DNA of 64,000 nucleotides from an uncultured delta proteobacterium. GTDB lineage: Bacteria > Desulfobacterota > Binatia > Binatales > Binataceae. The stretch spans positions 52,735 to 116,734 of the forward strand of contig CAVVEB010000001.1 in NCBI GenBank assembly GCA_963747115.1. Reading direction: 5' to 3'. The notes under the pieces were generated by a model, which searched no databases, was not told the DNA's origin, and saw only the letters and a list, made by a program, of their open reading frames with translations. Both the position numbers and the translations under genes were made by a program. Of this stretch, positions 37,464-47,634 are shown piece by piece (within the stretch, counting starts at the first letter, position 1; each line of letters begins with the position of its first letter).

Positions 37464-39107
37464 GTGAAACGAGAAATCGTAATCAACGCCTGCACCCTCG
37501 AGGTTCGGGTGGCGTCGATCGAAGACAATTCGATCGCCGAGTTTTATCTCGAGCGCAACCAGCATCGCAGCATTGTAGGAAATATCTACAAAGGAAAAGT
37601 GACGCGGGTCCTGCCCGGCATGCAGGCGGCATTCGTCGATATCGGCCTCGAAAAAGCCGGCTTCTTGCATGTCTCGGATTACCTGACCGGTATCGATGCG
37701 GTGGGCTCGATGGCCGACATGCTCGGCGAGGAAGTCGAGACCGAGCCGGTCGCGGGCGCCAACAATGGAAATTTCGAACTGCCCAACGAAGATGAACCCG
37801 ATGTCGCAGCCGGTGAAGATGCAGAGGCCTCACCCGACGGCGCGACCCGCGGACGCCGCCGCAGGCGGGGCGCTCCCTCGCGCCGAGTCAGACTGCCGAT
37901 CGAACAGCAGCTCAAACGCAATCAGGAAATAATTGTTCAGATCGCGAAGGAGCCGATGGGCACCAAGGGTGCGCGGCTGACTTCCTCGATCTCATTGCCG
38001 GGCCGCTTTCTGGTCTACATGCCGACCAGTAACAATCTCGGCCTCTCGCGCCGTATCGAAAGCGCCGAGGAGCGCGCGCGCTTGCGCGGAATTTTACACG
38101 AACTACGTCCATCGCAGGGCGGCTTCATCGTACGCACCGCATGCGAAGGGGTGAGTCGCCGCGAGATCCAGCGCGACGTCGCCTTTCTGACCAAGACCTG
38201 GGCCTCGATTCTGAAGAAGAACGAGAAATCAGCGCCTGCGTCGATGTTATATAGCGACCTAGATGTTGCGTTGCGCACTGTGCGCGATCTTTTTTCCAGC
38301 GAAATCGACAAACTTTGGTGCGACGATCCGGACACCTACAGCCGCATCGTGCAGTTCGTACAAACCTATATGCCGCGGCTGCGCTCCCGGGTTCAGCTCT
38401 ACGCGGACAACGAACCGATCTTCGAACACTTCAGGCTTGAACCCCAGATCGAGCGCGCACTCGATCGCAAGGTGTGGCTCAAATCAGGCGGGTACCTGGT
38501 TTTCGATCAAGCCGAGGCGCTCACCGCGATCGACGTCAATACCGGACGTTTCGTCGGCAAAAAGAGCCAGGATGAAACCGTGCTGCGCACCAACCTCGAA
38601 GCGGTTGACGAAGTGGTCCGTCAGCTTCGGCTGCGCAATATCGGTGGAATCATCATCGTGGATTTTATCGATATGACACGTGAGGCGGACCGCAAACGGG
38701 TCAGCGATGCGCTCAAGGAAGCCCTGCGCCGCGACAAGGCGCGCACCTCTGCGCTCAAGATTTCGGAACTCGGGCTGGTGCAGATGACACGCAAACGCAC
38801 CCGCGAGAGCCTCGAAGAGTTGCTCACCGATCCGTGTCCTCGATGCCAGGGGAGCAGGGTCGTGAAATCGGTGCCCACGCTCGCCGCCGAGGTGCTGCGC
38901 GGAATTCGCCGCGAGGCGGCCAAGCGCGCGCCGACGGAAATGCTGATGGTGAAAGTTTCCTCCGAGGTCGCGCGGCATCTCTACGATTTCGGCGCCAAAG
39001 ACCTCTCCGCGCTGGAGCATCTGCTCAACACCAAAATTGTATTGCGCTCGAAAGATGGCCTCGAACCTGGCGCGTTTGAACTCAGCCAGGCGCCTGCCGC
39101 CGCCTAG
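37464..39107 (+). CDS. rng: Ribonuclease E/G family endoribonuclease
   Basis: S1 domain N-terminus (IYKGKVTRVLPGMQAAFVDIG), catalytic region (VFDQAEALTAIDVNTGRF, IIIVDFIDM), Zn-link CPRCQG. Has an Asp/Glu- then Arg-rich insert. Confidence 0.85.
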   Translation: MKREIVINACTLEVRVASIEDNSIAEFYLERNQHRSIVGNIYKGKVTRVLPGMQAAFVDIGLEKAGFLHVSDYLTGIDAVGSMADMLGEEVETEPVAGANNGNFELPNEDEPDVAAGEDAEASPDGATRGRRRRRGAPSRRVRLPIEQQLKRNQEIIVQIAKEPMGTKGARLTSSISLPGRFLVYMPTSNNLGLSRRIESAEERARLRGILHELRPSQGGFIVRTACEGVSRREIQRDVAFLTKTWASILKKNEKSAPASMLYSDLDVALRTVRDLFSSEIDKLWCDDPDTYSRIVQFVQTYMPRLRSRVQLYADNEPIFEHFRLEPQIERALDRKVWLKSGGYLVFDQAEALTAIDVNTGRFVGKKSQDETVLRTNLEAVDEVVRQLRLRNIGGIIIVDFIDMTREADRKRVSDALKEALRRDKARTSALKISELGLVQMTRKRTRESLEELLTDPCPRCQGSRVVKSVPTLAAEVLRGIRREAAKRAPTEMLMVKVSSEVARHLYDFGAKDLSALEHLLNTKIVLRSKDGLEPGAFELSQAPAAA

Positions 39108-41256
39108 TTTTCTTCTCCGACGTTTGCAGCCGCTCCGCGGCCGGATACAACATTCGATACTCACGCTGATTGCCGATAACGCGCTTCACGTAGTCCCGCG
39201 TTTCATGGTAGCCAATGTTCTCGACCCATTCGTCGTCGGGGGCGCCGGGAAACTTTTCGTTCCACCCCATCACGGCGTGTTCGCCGGCATTGTAAGCGGC
39301 GACCGCTTGAAATTCGTTTCCATTGAACATCGCGAGCAAATTTTTCAGGTACACGGAGCCCAGCTCCACGTTGACGTCAGGATCGAAAAGATCCGCCGGC
39401 TGCACAATCGGCAGCCCGTTCTCCCGAATCATCCGGCCCGCGGTGGAAGGCAGCAACTGCATCAGGCCGCGCGCATCGGAAACCGACGTCGCATCCGGAT
39501 TGAACCAGCTTTCTTGCCGCATCAACGAAAGCACCAGATATGGATCGAGACCGTCGCGCGCCGACTTCGACGCGATCAGATCCCAATACGCGCGAGGATA
39601 CCGCACCCGCTCCGCCTCCGCATGGTTCAGCTCGCCGAGCTTTTCCATCTTGCTCGCGGCGACAATCGCGTCATAGTAAGCGCCTGCTGATTGAAACCCG
39701 GCCAGCACGAAACCGCGTAGCTCAGGATGAACACCCGAGTGATTTTCGAGTTGCTTCAGCTCCGCGGGCTCGAGTTCCTTCAAACCAAGCTCTCGCAGCA
39801 CGAGTACACGATCGAGATGAAACGAAATGGTGCCCGCCGGCATCGCAAGAGTGGGATCAAACCTGGGATCGGAAGCGTTCGCGGCGGGAAGTTCAGGAAC
39901 GGACGCGGCGATCCTTCTGCTGGCGAGCTCGGGATAGTAGTTACTCTCGATGCTCGCAGCGCAGATCTGATAAAGCGCGTGCGATCCCGCGCCGTCGCCG
40001 CTTTCTTCTTTCGCGCGCGCTTCCCAATAGAGGAACATGTCGCGCGCGCCGGGCTCGGGACCCGCGTTTTCCCTCATAGCGGCGAAGCTGCGAGTGGCCT
40101 CGCGGTAGCGATGAGTCATGAAATAACTCCACGGTAGACGGAATTTTGCATCATCAGCGGATTCGCTCGACGGATGCCGCGCAATCAGACTCGCGTATTC
40201 GGCACGAGCCAAATCGTATTTGCCATCTTCTTCATAAATGCGACCGATTCGAAGCATCGCGCCGGGGGCGTAGTGGCTGTCGGGAAATCGCCCGATCAAC
40301 CGATTGAAGGTGGCGCGCGCCCGATCGCGTTCGTCACGATGCCAATAGATAAGCGCCAACGCCTCGAAGGCGGCGGGTGCCGACGGGCCAGTCGGCGCGA
40401 GCGCGAGATATTGCCCATAGGCGGCTTCAGCCTCTTCGGGGTCTGCGCTCAGCGCTTCCGCCTTTAGAAAAACAAATTCCGCCCGCACACCCGGCGGCGG
40501 CTCCATCGCGAGTCCGGCGTCAATCTCCTGCAGCGCAATCGAATGCTGGCCCTCCTTGAGCAAAAGCGCTGCTTCATCGAGGTGGTGCTCGACGGAATTG
40601 CGGTTCGCAACTTCAGGGTTAGCGGCGAGAATGGAATAAGCGAGGTTGCGGGCGTCGGCGTCTTGCGGGTCGTGCGGGTATCTTTCGCGCAGCGTCATCA
40701 GCTCGTCGTATGCGCTCCGGGGATTTCCCTGCGCCGCAAGTGCCTGCGCCAGGGCGAGCCTGGCGGGCTCCTCAACTTTCGCATCAGAGGTGCTGGCGAT
40801 GGCTTTGGAAGCGGCTCCGGAAGCCTCGCTCGGGCGGGCCAGCCGGAGATAAATTTGCGAGAGCGCGAGTTCCGCATTCGACACCTTGACGCTTTCAGGA
40901 TAGCCGCGAATCAGGCGATCGAGAGTCCCCGCCGACCCCGCCAAATCGCCCGAGTCGCGCTGCGCCAACGCCAAATAGTAGAGGGCGTAATCCGCAAGTT
41001 GCGGAAAATGATCCGATGCGTAGCCGAGGCTGGCCACTGCGGTCGCAAACTCGCGGTTGCGATACGCGCGATAGCCGTCGAGAAAACTCTGCGCCGGCGA
41101 TGCTTGCGGCGGCGGTGCGGGTGGTTCCGCATTCGCCGGCGGCGGAGGCGGTGGCACATCGCCGGGACGCGCCGACGCCGGAAGGCATCCGGCAAGCATC
41201 GTCGCCGCTACAAAAATCATCGCCGCGAAATGGCGCCGATTCATTCTCATCGTCAA
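39082..41256 (-). CDS. slt: Soluble lytic murein transglycosylase (Slt family) with TPR/superhelical N-domain
   Basis: Signal peptide, long helical repeat region, SLT catalytic motif ESWFNPDATSVSDARGLMQLLPSTA. Confidence 0.85.
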   Translation of the reverse strand: MTMRMNRRHFAAMIFVAATMLAGCLPASARPGDVPPPPPPANAEPPAPPPQASPAQSFLDGYRAYRNREFATAVASLGYASDHFPQLADYALYYLALAQRDSGDLAGSAGTLDRLIRGYPESVKVSNAELALSQIYLRLARPSEASGAASKAIASTSDAKVEEPARLALAQALAAQGNPRSAYDELMTLRERYPHDPQDADARNLAYSILAANPEVANRNSVEHHLDEAALLLKEGQHSIALQEIDAGLAMEPPPGVRAEFVFLKAEALSADPEEAEAAYGQYLALAPTGPSAPAAFEALALIYWHRDERDRARATFNRLIGRFPDSHYAPGAMLRIGRIYEEDGKYDLARAEYASLIARHPSSESADDAKFRLPWSYFMTHRYREATRSFAAMRENAGPEPGARDMFLYWEARAKEESGDGAGSHALYQICAASIESNYYPELASRRIAASVPELPAANASDPRFDPTLAMPAGTISFHLDRVLVLRELGLKELEPAELKQLENHSGVHPELRGFVLAGFQSAGAYYDAIVAASKMEKLGELNHAEAERVRYPRAYWDLIASKSARDGLDPYLVLSLMRQESWFNPDATSVSDARGLMQLLPSTAGRMIRENGLPIVQPADLFDPDVNVELGSVYLKNLLAMFNGNEFQAVAAYNAGEHAVMGWNEKFPGAPDDEWVENIGYHETRDYVKRVIGNQREYRMLYPAAERLQTSEKKTRRRQAPG

Positions 41257-41334
41257 TTGGGATTATCCCATGAGCGCGACCTACTCAATTGGGGTGGCCG
41301 TTGGTCAGATAGTCGCGATAATCTGGCTCGCGCG

Positions 41335-41910
41335 ATGAATCCAGAAACCAAACTCATACTGGCGTCGGGGTCGCCACGGCGGCGCGAACTCCTGGAGCGC
41401 GCGCGAATCGATTTCGAAGTCATCCAAAGCCATATCGAGGAGATTCGACGCCGCGGAGAAAATGCCCACGAGTATGCGTCCAGAATGGCGACCGAGAAGG
41501 CGCTGGCCGTTTCGCAAGCGCGTCCGAATAGGCTCGTCCTTGCGGCCGACACGGTGGTCGAATGCGAAGGAAACATCCTCGAAAAACCGAAGGACCAACA
41601 CGACGCTAATATGATGCTCTCGATACTCTCGGGAAAGGTGCACACAGTGGTAACTGCGTTCGCGCTCGCTTCGAACGGAAAAATAATCGAACGCGAGGCT
41701 GTCATCAGCCGGGTCACCTTCCGCGATCTCTCATCAGACGAAATCGCAAACTATATCGCTACCGGTGAGCCATTCGATAAGGCCGGTGCATACGGAATCC
41801 AGGGAATCGGCGGCGGCTTCATCCTGAGCGTCGATGGCTCGCGCGACAACGTGATGGGACTGCCGATCCTCGAAGTGATCGCGGCGCTCAAGCGTCAAGC
41901 AACGGCCTGA
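41335..41910 (+). CDS. maf: Maf nucleoside-triphosphate pyrophosphatase (septum formation protein)
   Basis: LILASGSPRRRELL ... AADTVV ... KAGAYGIQG. Listed ORF 40543 includes a 260-aa antisense N-extension that is rejected. Confidence 0.85.
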   Translation: MNPETKLILASGSPRRRELLERARIDFEVIQSHIEEIRRRGENAHEYASRMATEKALAVSQARPNRLVLAADTVVECEGNILEKPKDQHDANMMLSILSGKVHTVVTAFALASNGKIIEREAVISRVTFRDLSSDEIANYIATGEPFDKAGAYGIQGIGGGFILSVDGSRDNVMGLPILEVIAALKRQATA

Positions 41911-42599
41911 TGATAGCCCCAAACGAAATCGCGCGTCGGCTCGAAGAGGTGCGCGAGCGGATCGCGTCAGCGGCAAAGCGCGCCGCAAGAAATCCTGATT
42001 CGGTTCGCCTCATTCTCGCCAGTAAGACTCAACCGGCGGAGGCGATTCGCGCGGCCTACTCGGCGGGAGGGCGCGAGTTCGGCGAAAATTACGCGCAAGA
42101 AGCGGCTCGCAAACGCGATCAATTGCGCGATCTCGATAGTCCGACCTGGCATCTGATCGGGCATCTGCAGACCAACAAGGCCAAACTGGCTATGCGCACC
42201 TTCGATTTCATCCAGACGCTCGATTCGCTTCGTCTGGCCGACGCGCTAGGGCAGGTCCGTCCCTCGCCGATGATCCGCGTGCTGGTCGAGGTCAAACTCG
42301 GCAATGAAGCCGGCAGGTCGGGCGTCCCGCCTTCAGAAGTCGAATCGCTGATCGATAGCGCGCGTCACAAAGTGGAGATCGCCGGCCTGATGACGATCTC
42401 GCCGCGTTCTGACGGCGCGGAGTCCGCACGCAAGTATTTCGGGCAGCTTCGCGAACTTCGCGACCGGGTTGCCGCCGCCAGCGGCATTGCGCTAAGCGAG
42501 CTTTCGATGGGAATGACCGAGGACTTCGAACTGGCGATCGAAGAAGGAGCTACCATGGTGCGCATCGGACGCGCGGTGTTTGGCGGGCGCACGACATGA
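41910..42599 (+). CDS. yggS: YggS-family pyridoxal phosphate homeostasis protein
   Basis: LILASKTQP (PLP Lys), HLIGHLQTNK, SMGMTEDF. Confidence 0.85.
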   Translation: MIAPNEIARRLEEVRERIASAAKRAARNPDSVRLILASKTQPAEAIRAAYSAGGREFGENYAQEAARKRDQLRDLDSPTWHLIGHLQTNKAKLAMRTFDFIQTLDSLRLADALGQVRPSPMIRVLVEVKLGNEAGRSGVPPSEVESLIDSARHKVEIAGLMTISPRSDGAESARKYFGQLRELRDRVAAASGIALSELSMGMTEDFELAIEEGATMVRIGRAVFGGRTT

Positions 42600-43418
42600 G
42601 GAAACTCGGTTTCATCGGCGGCGGCAACATGGCCGAAGCACTCGCGCGCGGGCTCCTCGAGCACAAGATTTTCAGGCCCGCCGAGTCTGATGGTCTCGGA
42701 TGTTGATGCGCGTCGGCGGCGCAAAATCAATCGCGCGCTCAAAGTCGACGTCACCGATGACAATCTGGAAGTGGTGCGCGAATCGCGGGCGGTACTCCTC
42801 GCGGTCAAGCCGCAGCAAATTGACGAGGTACTCACCGGACTGCAGGCCGCGGAAAAAATCGGAATGCGCGAAAAACTTTTCATTTCGATTGCGGCAGGCA
42901 TCACCATCGCGCGACTCACCGGCGCGCTGGGAGCGAAGGCGCGCGTGATCAGGGTGATGCCAAATGCGCCCGCGATGGTCGGTCGCGGGATGGCGGCGCT
43001 GGTGCGCTCCCGGGGCGCGTCAAAAGCCGACGAATCATTCGCATTGAAAATCTTTCAGTCGGTCGGCGACGCGGTCGCGCTCAAAGATGAAGCGCTGCTC
43101 GATCCGGTTACCGCGCTCTCGGGCAGCGGTCCCGCATACGTATACCTGTTTGTGAAAGCGCTTGCCGATGCCGCCGCGAACGAAGGAATTCCCCGCGCCC
43201 TGGCAATCCGCATGGCGCTCAAAACTGTTGAGGGCGCGGAATACAACATGCGGATGTCGAAGCTGGCGCCCGAGGATCTGATTCGAGTGGTGGCCTCGCG
43301 CGGCGGCACCACCGAGGCGGCTCTCAAACGATTCGCCGCCGCCGGCTTTTCTGATATCGTGGCCGCCGCCATTCATGCCGCCGCGGATCGCTCGCGTGAA
43401 CTGGGCCGCAATTTTTAG
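42598..43418 (+). CDS. proC: Pyrroline-5-carboxylate reductase; frameshift near 42680
   Basis: MRKLGFIGGGNMAEALARGLL (NADP Rossmann) in one frame, remainder in ORF 42690..43418 (LTGPALVAI-like region, GGTTEAALK). Confidence 0.8.
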
Positions 43419-43436
43419 GAGCGTACAACTCGATCT

Positions 43437-43739
43437 GTGTGGGCCTACAGTAACCTCGTCGTTTTTATCGCGGGCGTTCTCCAGTCAGTCCTGACTCTAT
43501 ATTTCTGGATCGTGATCATCGCGACGTTGATGACGTGGATCGAGCCTAATCCCTACAACCCGATCGTCCGTTTCCTGTATTCTGTCACCGAACCGGTTTT
43601 CGATTGGGTCCGCGAACATATTCCAGTTTCCTTCGGCGGCATCGATTTCTCACCGATGATCGTAATTTTCGTGATCTGGTTTCTTCAGGGCTATCTGATT
43701 CCTACCGCGGAGCGAGCCCTGATCTTCGGCTTCGCGTGA
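43437..43739 (+). CDS. yggT: YggT-family membrane protein
   Basis: 100 aa, two TM helices. Conserved position after proC. Confidence 0.8.
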   Translation: MWAYSNLVVFIAGVLQSVLTLYFWIVIIATLMTWIEPNPYNPIVRFLYSVTEPVFDWVREHIPVSFGGIDFSPMIVIFVIWFLQGYLIPTAERALIFGFA

Positions 43740-44074
43740 AGTCTTCTTCAGGCGGCTCGAATCACCTCCTACCTCGATGGCTCCGAATTGGCGCTAATTT
43801 CGTCACGCTTGAGATCGTCGCGCATCCCGGCTCGCAGCTTCGCGGACTAATCCGCGTCCAGGCGCGCGGACTCGTCATCGGGCTCGCATCGGTTGCCGAA
43901 AAAGGAAAGGCCAACAACGAATTGATCGCGACGATCGCCGAACTCGCGGGCGTGAATAGCTCGGCGGTCTCGATCCTCCGCGGCGCGAGCACGCGGAGCA
44001 AAGTGATACGAATCGCGACCGCTAAACCTGCTATGATGGCGCGTCGTCTTTCGTCGCTGCCTCGAACCGCGTGA
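43736..44074 (+). CDS. DUF167 (YggU-like) protein
   Basis: GTG overlapping the yggT stop. LEIVAHPGSQ ... KGKANNELIATIAELAGVNSSAVSILRGASTRSKVIRI pattern. Confidence 0.55.
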   Translation: MKSSSGGSNHLLPRWLRIGANFVTLEIVAHPGSQLRGLIRVQARGLVIGLASVAEKGKANNELIATIAELAGVNSSAVSILRGASTRSKVIRIATAKPAMMARRLSSLPRTA

Positions 44075-44198
44075 ACGAACAGACAGCGCGCGGCGAAAGA
44101 AAGGTGAAGGTGGGTCGATTTCGTTGACAAGGATTCGGCAGGTGATTACCTAATCAGCAGGGATTTTGTAGGCGTTCGCGCGATTGAAACGCAATTTT

Positions 44199-44585
44199 AT
44201 GCCTATTTACGAGTACAGATGTGCCAAATGCGGCGTCATCGAAGTGATGCAGGGCATCAGGGAAGCGCCGCTCAAGAAATGTCCCAACTGCAAGAGCAAA
44301 GTGGAGCGGATGATCTCTTCGAGTTCGTTCGTCCTCAAAGGCAGCGGATGGTACGCAACTGACTACGCCAAGAAAAGCACTCCTCCTCCCGCCGAATCCT
44401 CGGGGTCCAGTAACGGAGCTGCCGAAAATGGCGCCGCGAAATCTTCCGCTTCGGATTCGAATGCTTCGAAAACCGCCGCTGCTTCGGAGAAGAGCGCTGC
44501 GGCTACCGATTCGAAGAGCACAGCTGTTGCTTCTTCGGACAAGCCCGCGAAAACCGCCAAGCCAGCATCAAAATCTACCGACTAA
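44199..44585 (+). CDS. FmdB-family zinc-ribbon regulatory protein with Ala/Ser/Lys-rich tail
   Basis: MPIYEYRCAKCGVIEV...CPNCKS (CxxC...CxxC), then a low-complexity tail. Putative promoter TTGACA-17-TACCTAAT at ~44128-44157. Confidence 0.7.
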   Translation: MPIYEYRCAKCGVIEVMQGIREAPLKKCPNCKSKVERMISSSSFVLKGSGWYATDYAKKSTPPPAESSGSSNGAAENGAAKSSASDSNASKTAAASEKSAAATDSKSTAVASSDKPAKTAKPASKSTD

Positions 44586-44605
44586 TTTCTGCCGGCCACG
44601 ATTCG

Positions 44606-44639
44606 AGACCGCAGGGTAGCTTACCTCGCGGTTTTTTTG
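44606..44639 (+). terminator. Putative rho-independent terminator after the FmdB-like gene
   Basis: GACCGCAGGGTAGCTTACCTCGCGG imperfect GC-rich hairpin followed by TTTTTTTGTTT. Confidence 0.45.
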
Positions 44640-44673
44640 TTTCAATGGCGCCCATCGCGAAGGACGGCTCTGG

Positions 44674-45625
44674 ATGCGCGCCATCGTAATCGACCACGGA
44701 ATATCACTACGACGCGACTACGCCGAACCCAGGATGGTTGCGGGCGAAAGCGTGGTGCGTGTTCGCCTCGCGGGTATCTGCGGCACCGACCTCGAACTCG
44801 CCAGCGGATATATGGGATTTCGCGGAATTCCGGGGCACGAGTTCGTCGGCGAAGTCATCGAGACCGCGAACCCCGCGCTCGCGGGACGGCGGGTCGTCGG
44901 CGAAATAAATGCCGCGTGTGGCACCTGTCGATTCTGCGCCGAAGACCTCGGGCGTCATTGTCCCAATCGCACGGTACTTGGAATTCTCGGACGCGACGGC
45001 GCCTTCGCCGAGTACCTGCGCCTTCCCGATAACAACCTTCTCGCGATTCCCGATTCCATTCCCGATGACCTCGCGGTCTTCACCGAACCGCTCGCCGCCG
45101 TTTACGAGATCTTCGAGCAGATCCGTATTCCTGGAAGCGATCGCGTGCTGGTCCTTGGCGATGGGCGTCTCGGCGCTATCGTGGCGATGGCGTTCAAGGC
45201 CGAGGGCTACGACGTCATCGTCGGCGGACATCACTCGGAAAAGGCACGGCTGCTGACTCAATTGGAAATCGCGGTTGCGCCCGAAAGTCAGTTGACGAGC
45301 GGCTATCCAGATCGTCGTCGATTGCACGGGCGCCAGCGCCGGGTTCAACCGCGCTCTCGAACTGGTGAGGCCGCGCGGAACCTTGATTCTGAAAAGCACG
45401 ACGGCTGCATCGTCCGATGTGAATCTCGCTCCCGTGGTCATAAATGAGATTACCGTCATGGGTTCGCGATGTGGCCGCTTCGCGCCGGCGCTCAGGGCGC
45501 TGGCGACCGGGAAAATCGATCCGCGTCCCCTCATCACAGCGATCTTGCCACTCGACCGCGGTCTCGATGCCTTCGATGCAGCAGCGCAGCCATCCAACTT
45601 CAAAATCGTGCTGAAGATTTCGTGA
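44674..45625 (+). CDS. Zinc-dependent alcohol dehydrogenase-like (MDR family); frameshift(s) near 45290-45330
   Basis: GICGTDLE, GHEFVGEV, CGTCRFC (structural Zn), GDGRLG Rossmann. C-terminus continues in the 45365..45625 frame. Confidence 0.75.
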
Positions 45626-47634
45626 GTCGCGACCGTCCGCAGCCGCGTTCTGCCGCGCGAGAAAGTCCGCGGCAGATTATCGTGGGGGTCGATACCGGCG
45701 GCACCTTCACCGATCTCGCCGCTTTCATCGGCGATCGGCTGGTGGTGCATAAAATTCTTTCGACGCCGGATGATCCGGCGCGCGCGGTGGTCCAAGGCCT
45801 CGCGGAAATGCTCGGCGGAGCGAAAGCCGCGATCCTCACCTATAGCTCTACTGTCGCCACCAACGCGCTACTCGAAGGAAAGGGAGCGCGTGTCGCACTG
45901 TTCACCAACGCGCGTTTCGAAGACCTGATCGAAATTGGCCGGCAAAATCGGACCGAGTTGTACGCGCTGACGCCTTCGCGCCCACAGCCATTGGTGCCGC
46001 GCGCGATGCGCTTCGGCGTGGCCGAACGAACCTTGTTTGACGGCTCGATTGCGCAACCGCTTGATTCTCGCGAGTTGGCGCGCATCGGCAAGCTCGCGCG
46101 GCGCAGCCATGCGACTGCGTTCGTGGTTTGCCTGCTTCATTCCTATGCGAATCCGAAGAGTGAAAACGCGATCGCGCGCGTGCTCAAGCCGATTGGACGC
46201 CCGATTTCAATCTCGCATCGGATCGTGGCCGAGTATCGCGAATTCGAGCGGCTGTCGACGACCGTTGTCAATGCCTCCGTCGCGCCCCGAATGACGTCGC
46301 ATTTGAAGAACTTGAAATCGCGATTGCCGGAAACGCGCCTGCGCGTGCTGCAATCCAACGGACGCGCTATCGGGATGGTGCTCGCGCAGGAGGAACCGGT
46401 CCGTACAATTCTCTCGGGACCGGCGGCCGGAGTCGTCGGCGCCGGCGAGCTGGCGCGGGCGATCGGGACCGATCGCTTTGTCACTTTCGATATGGGCGGC
46501 ACTTCCACAGATGTGTCGATGTACGATCGCCGCGCTCGAATCCGCACACTGAGTTTTCAAAATGGATACGCTGTTCGCATGCCGGTGATCGACATTCACA
46601 CCGTCGGCGCTGGAGGCGGTTCGATCGCGCGTGTCGATGCTGGCGGTGCGCTGCGAGTCGGTCCCAGGAGCGCCGGCGCCAATCCTGGTCCGGCCTGCTA
46701 TGGACGCGGCGAGGTCGCAACGGTAACCGACGCCGATCTGATCGCGGGCCGCCTCGTCGCCGAAGGTTTTCTCGGCGGCCGGATGCGGATTTTTCCGCAG
46801 CGCTCCGCCCGCGCGATTCGCAAACTCGCGGCCGCCATGGGAACCTCTCCGGCGCGCGCGGCTCGGGGCGTGATTCGCGTCGTCAACGCCAACATGGAAA
46901 GAGCCATCCGTGTAATCACCATCGAGCGAGGATTCGACCCTCGCGATTTCGCGCTGCTCGCATTCGGCGGCGCGGGACCGATGCACGCGTGCGAGCTCGC
47001 GCTCGATTTGGGAATCCGCCATGTTGTGCTACCGCAAAATCCCGGGCTGCTCTGCGCGCGGGGAGCCTTGGGAGCGCCGTTCGGCCGCGAGTACTCGAGG
47101 ACGATTCACGAACCGACGCCGGAGTATCGCGACCTGCTTCGCCGTGGCGCGCCAATGATTAGACGCGCAATTCGCGAACTCTCAACCGAAGGAGTTTCAC
47201 CCTCGAAGATAAAGGTCGAACTTTCCTGCGACCTCCGTTATCGCGGGCAATCGTACGAACTGGAAGTCGCTCTCACCCCGGAATTTATCCAAGAGTTTCA
47301 TCGTTTGCATCAAAAGATGTTCGGACACTCCTCCCCAAAATCCGTGGTTGAAGTGGTAAACTTACGTCTGCGCGCATCGGCGCCGGGGTTCGCGGTCACA
47401 CTTCGAAAAATCGCGCGGAACAACACCTCGCCTTCACCCATCGCGCACGCACGGACTCTGGTCGGCGACGAACTTCGCGAGATCCGGGTCTTCTCCAGAG
47501 AATCAATGGGAGCAAGCGTGAAACTTTCCGGTCCTCTGATGATTGTCGAATTAAGCTCGACCTCCTATATCGCGCCGGAGTTCACGCTACGGGTGGACGA
47601 TTTCGGAAATATTCATCTGGAGACGCGGCGATGA
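45622..47634 (+). CDS. hyuA: Hydantoinase/oxoprolinase A subunit (HyuA family)
   Basis: GTG overlapping the ADH stop. IIVGVDTGGTFTD, TVATNALLE, HyuA middle and C-domains. Confidence 0.85.
   Translation: MSRDRPQPRSAARESPRQIIVGVDTGGTFTDLAAFIGDRLVVHKILSTPDDPARAVVQGLAEMLGGAKAAILTYSSTVATNALLEGKGARVALFTNARFEDLIEIGRQNRTELYALTPSRPQPLVPRAMRFGVAERTLFDGSIAQPLDSRELARIGKLARRSHATAFVVCLLHSYANPKSENAIARVLKPIGRPISISHRIVAEYREFERLSTTVVNASVAPRMTSHLKNLKSRLPETRLRVLQSNGRAIGMVLAQEEPVRTILSGPAAGVVGAGELARAIGTDRFVTFDMGGTSTDVSMYDRRARIRTLSFQNGYAVRMPVIDIHTVGAGGGSIARVDAGGALRVGPRSAGANPGPACYGRGEVATVTDADLIAGRLVAEGFLGGRMRIFPQRSARAIRKLAAAMGTSPARAARGVIRVVNANMERAIRVITIERGFDPRDFALLAFGGAGPMHACELALDLGIRHVVLPQNPGLLCARGALGAPFGREYSRTIHEPTPEYRDLLRRGAPMIRRAIRELSTEGVSPSKIKVELSCDLRYRGQSYELEVALTPEFIQEFHRLHQKMFGHSSPKSVVEVVNLRLRASAPGFAVTLRKIARNNTSPSPIAHARTLVGDELREIRVFSRESMGASVKLSGPLMIVELSSTSYIAPEFTLRVDDFGNIHLETRR

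Noticed and set aside
40543-41334. N-terminal 260 codons of the listed 455-aa ORF preceding maf
   Set aside because: Antisense to slt. Maf begins at MNPETK (41335).
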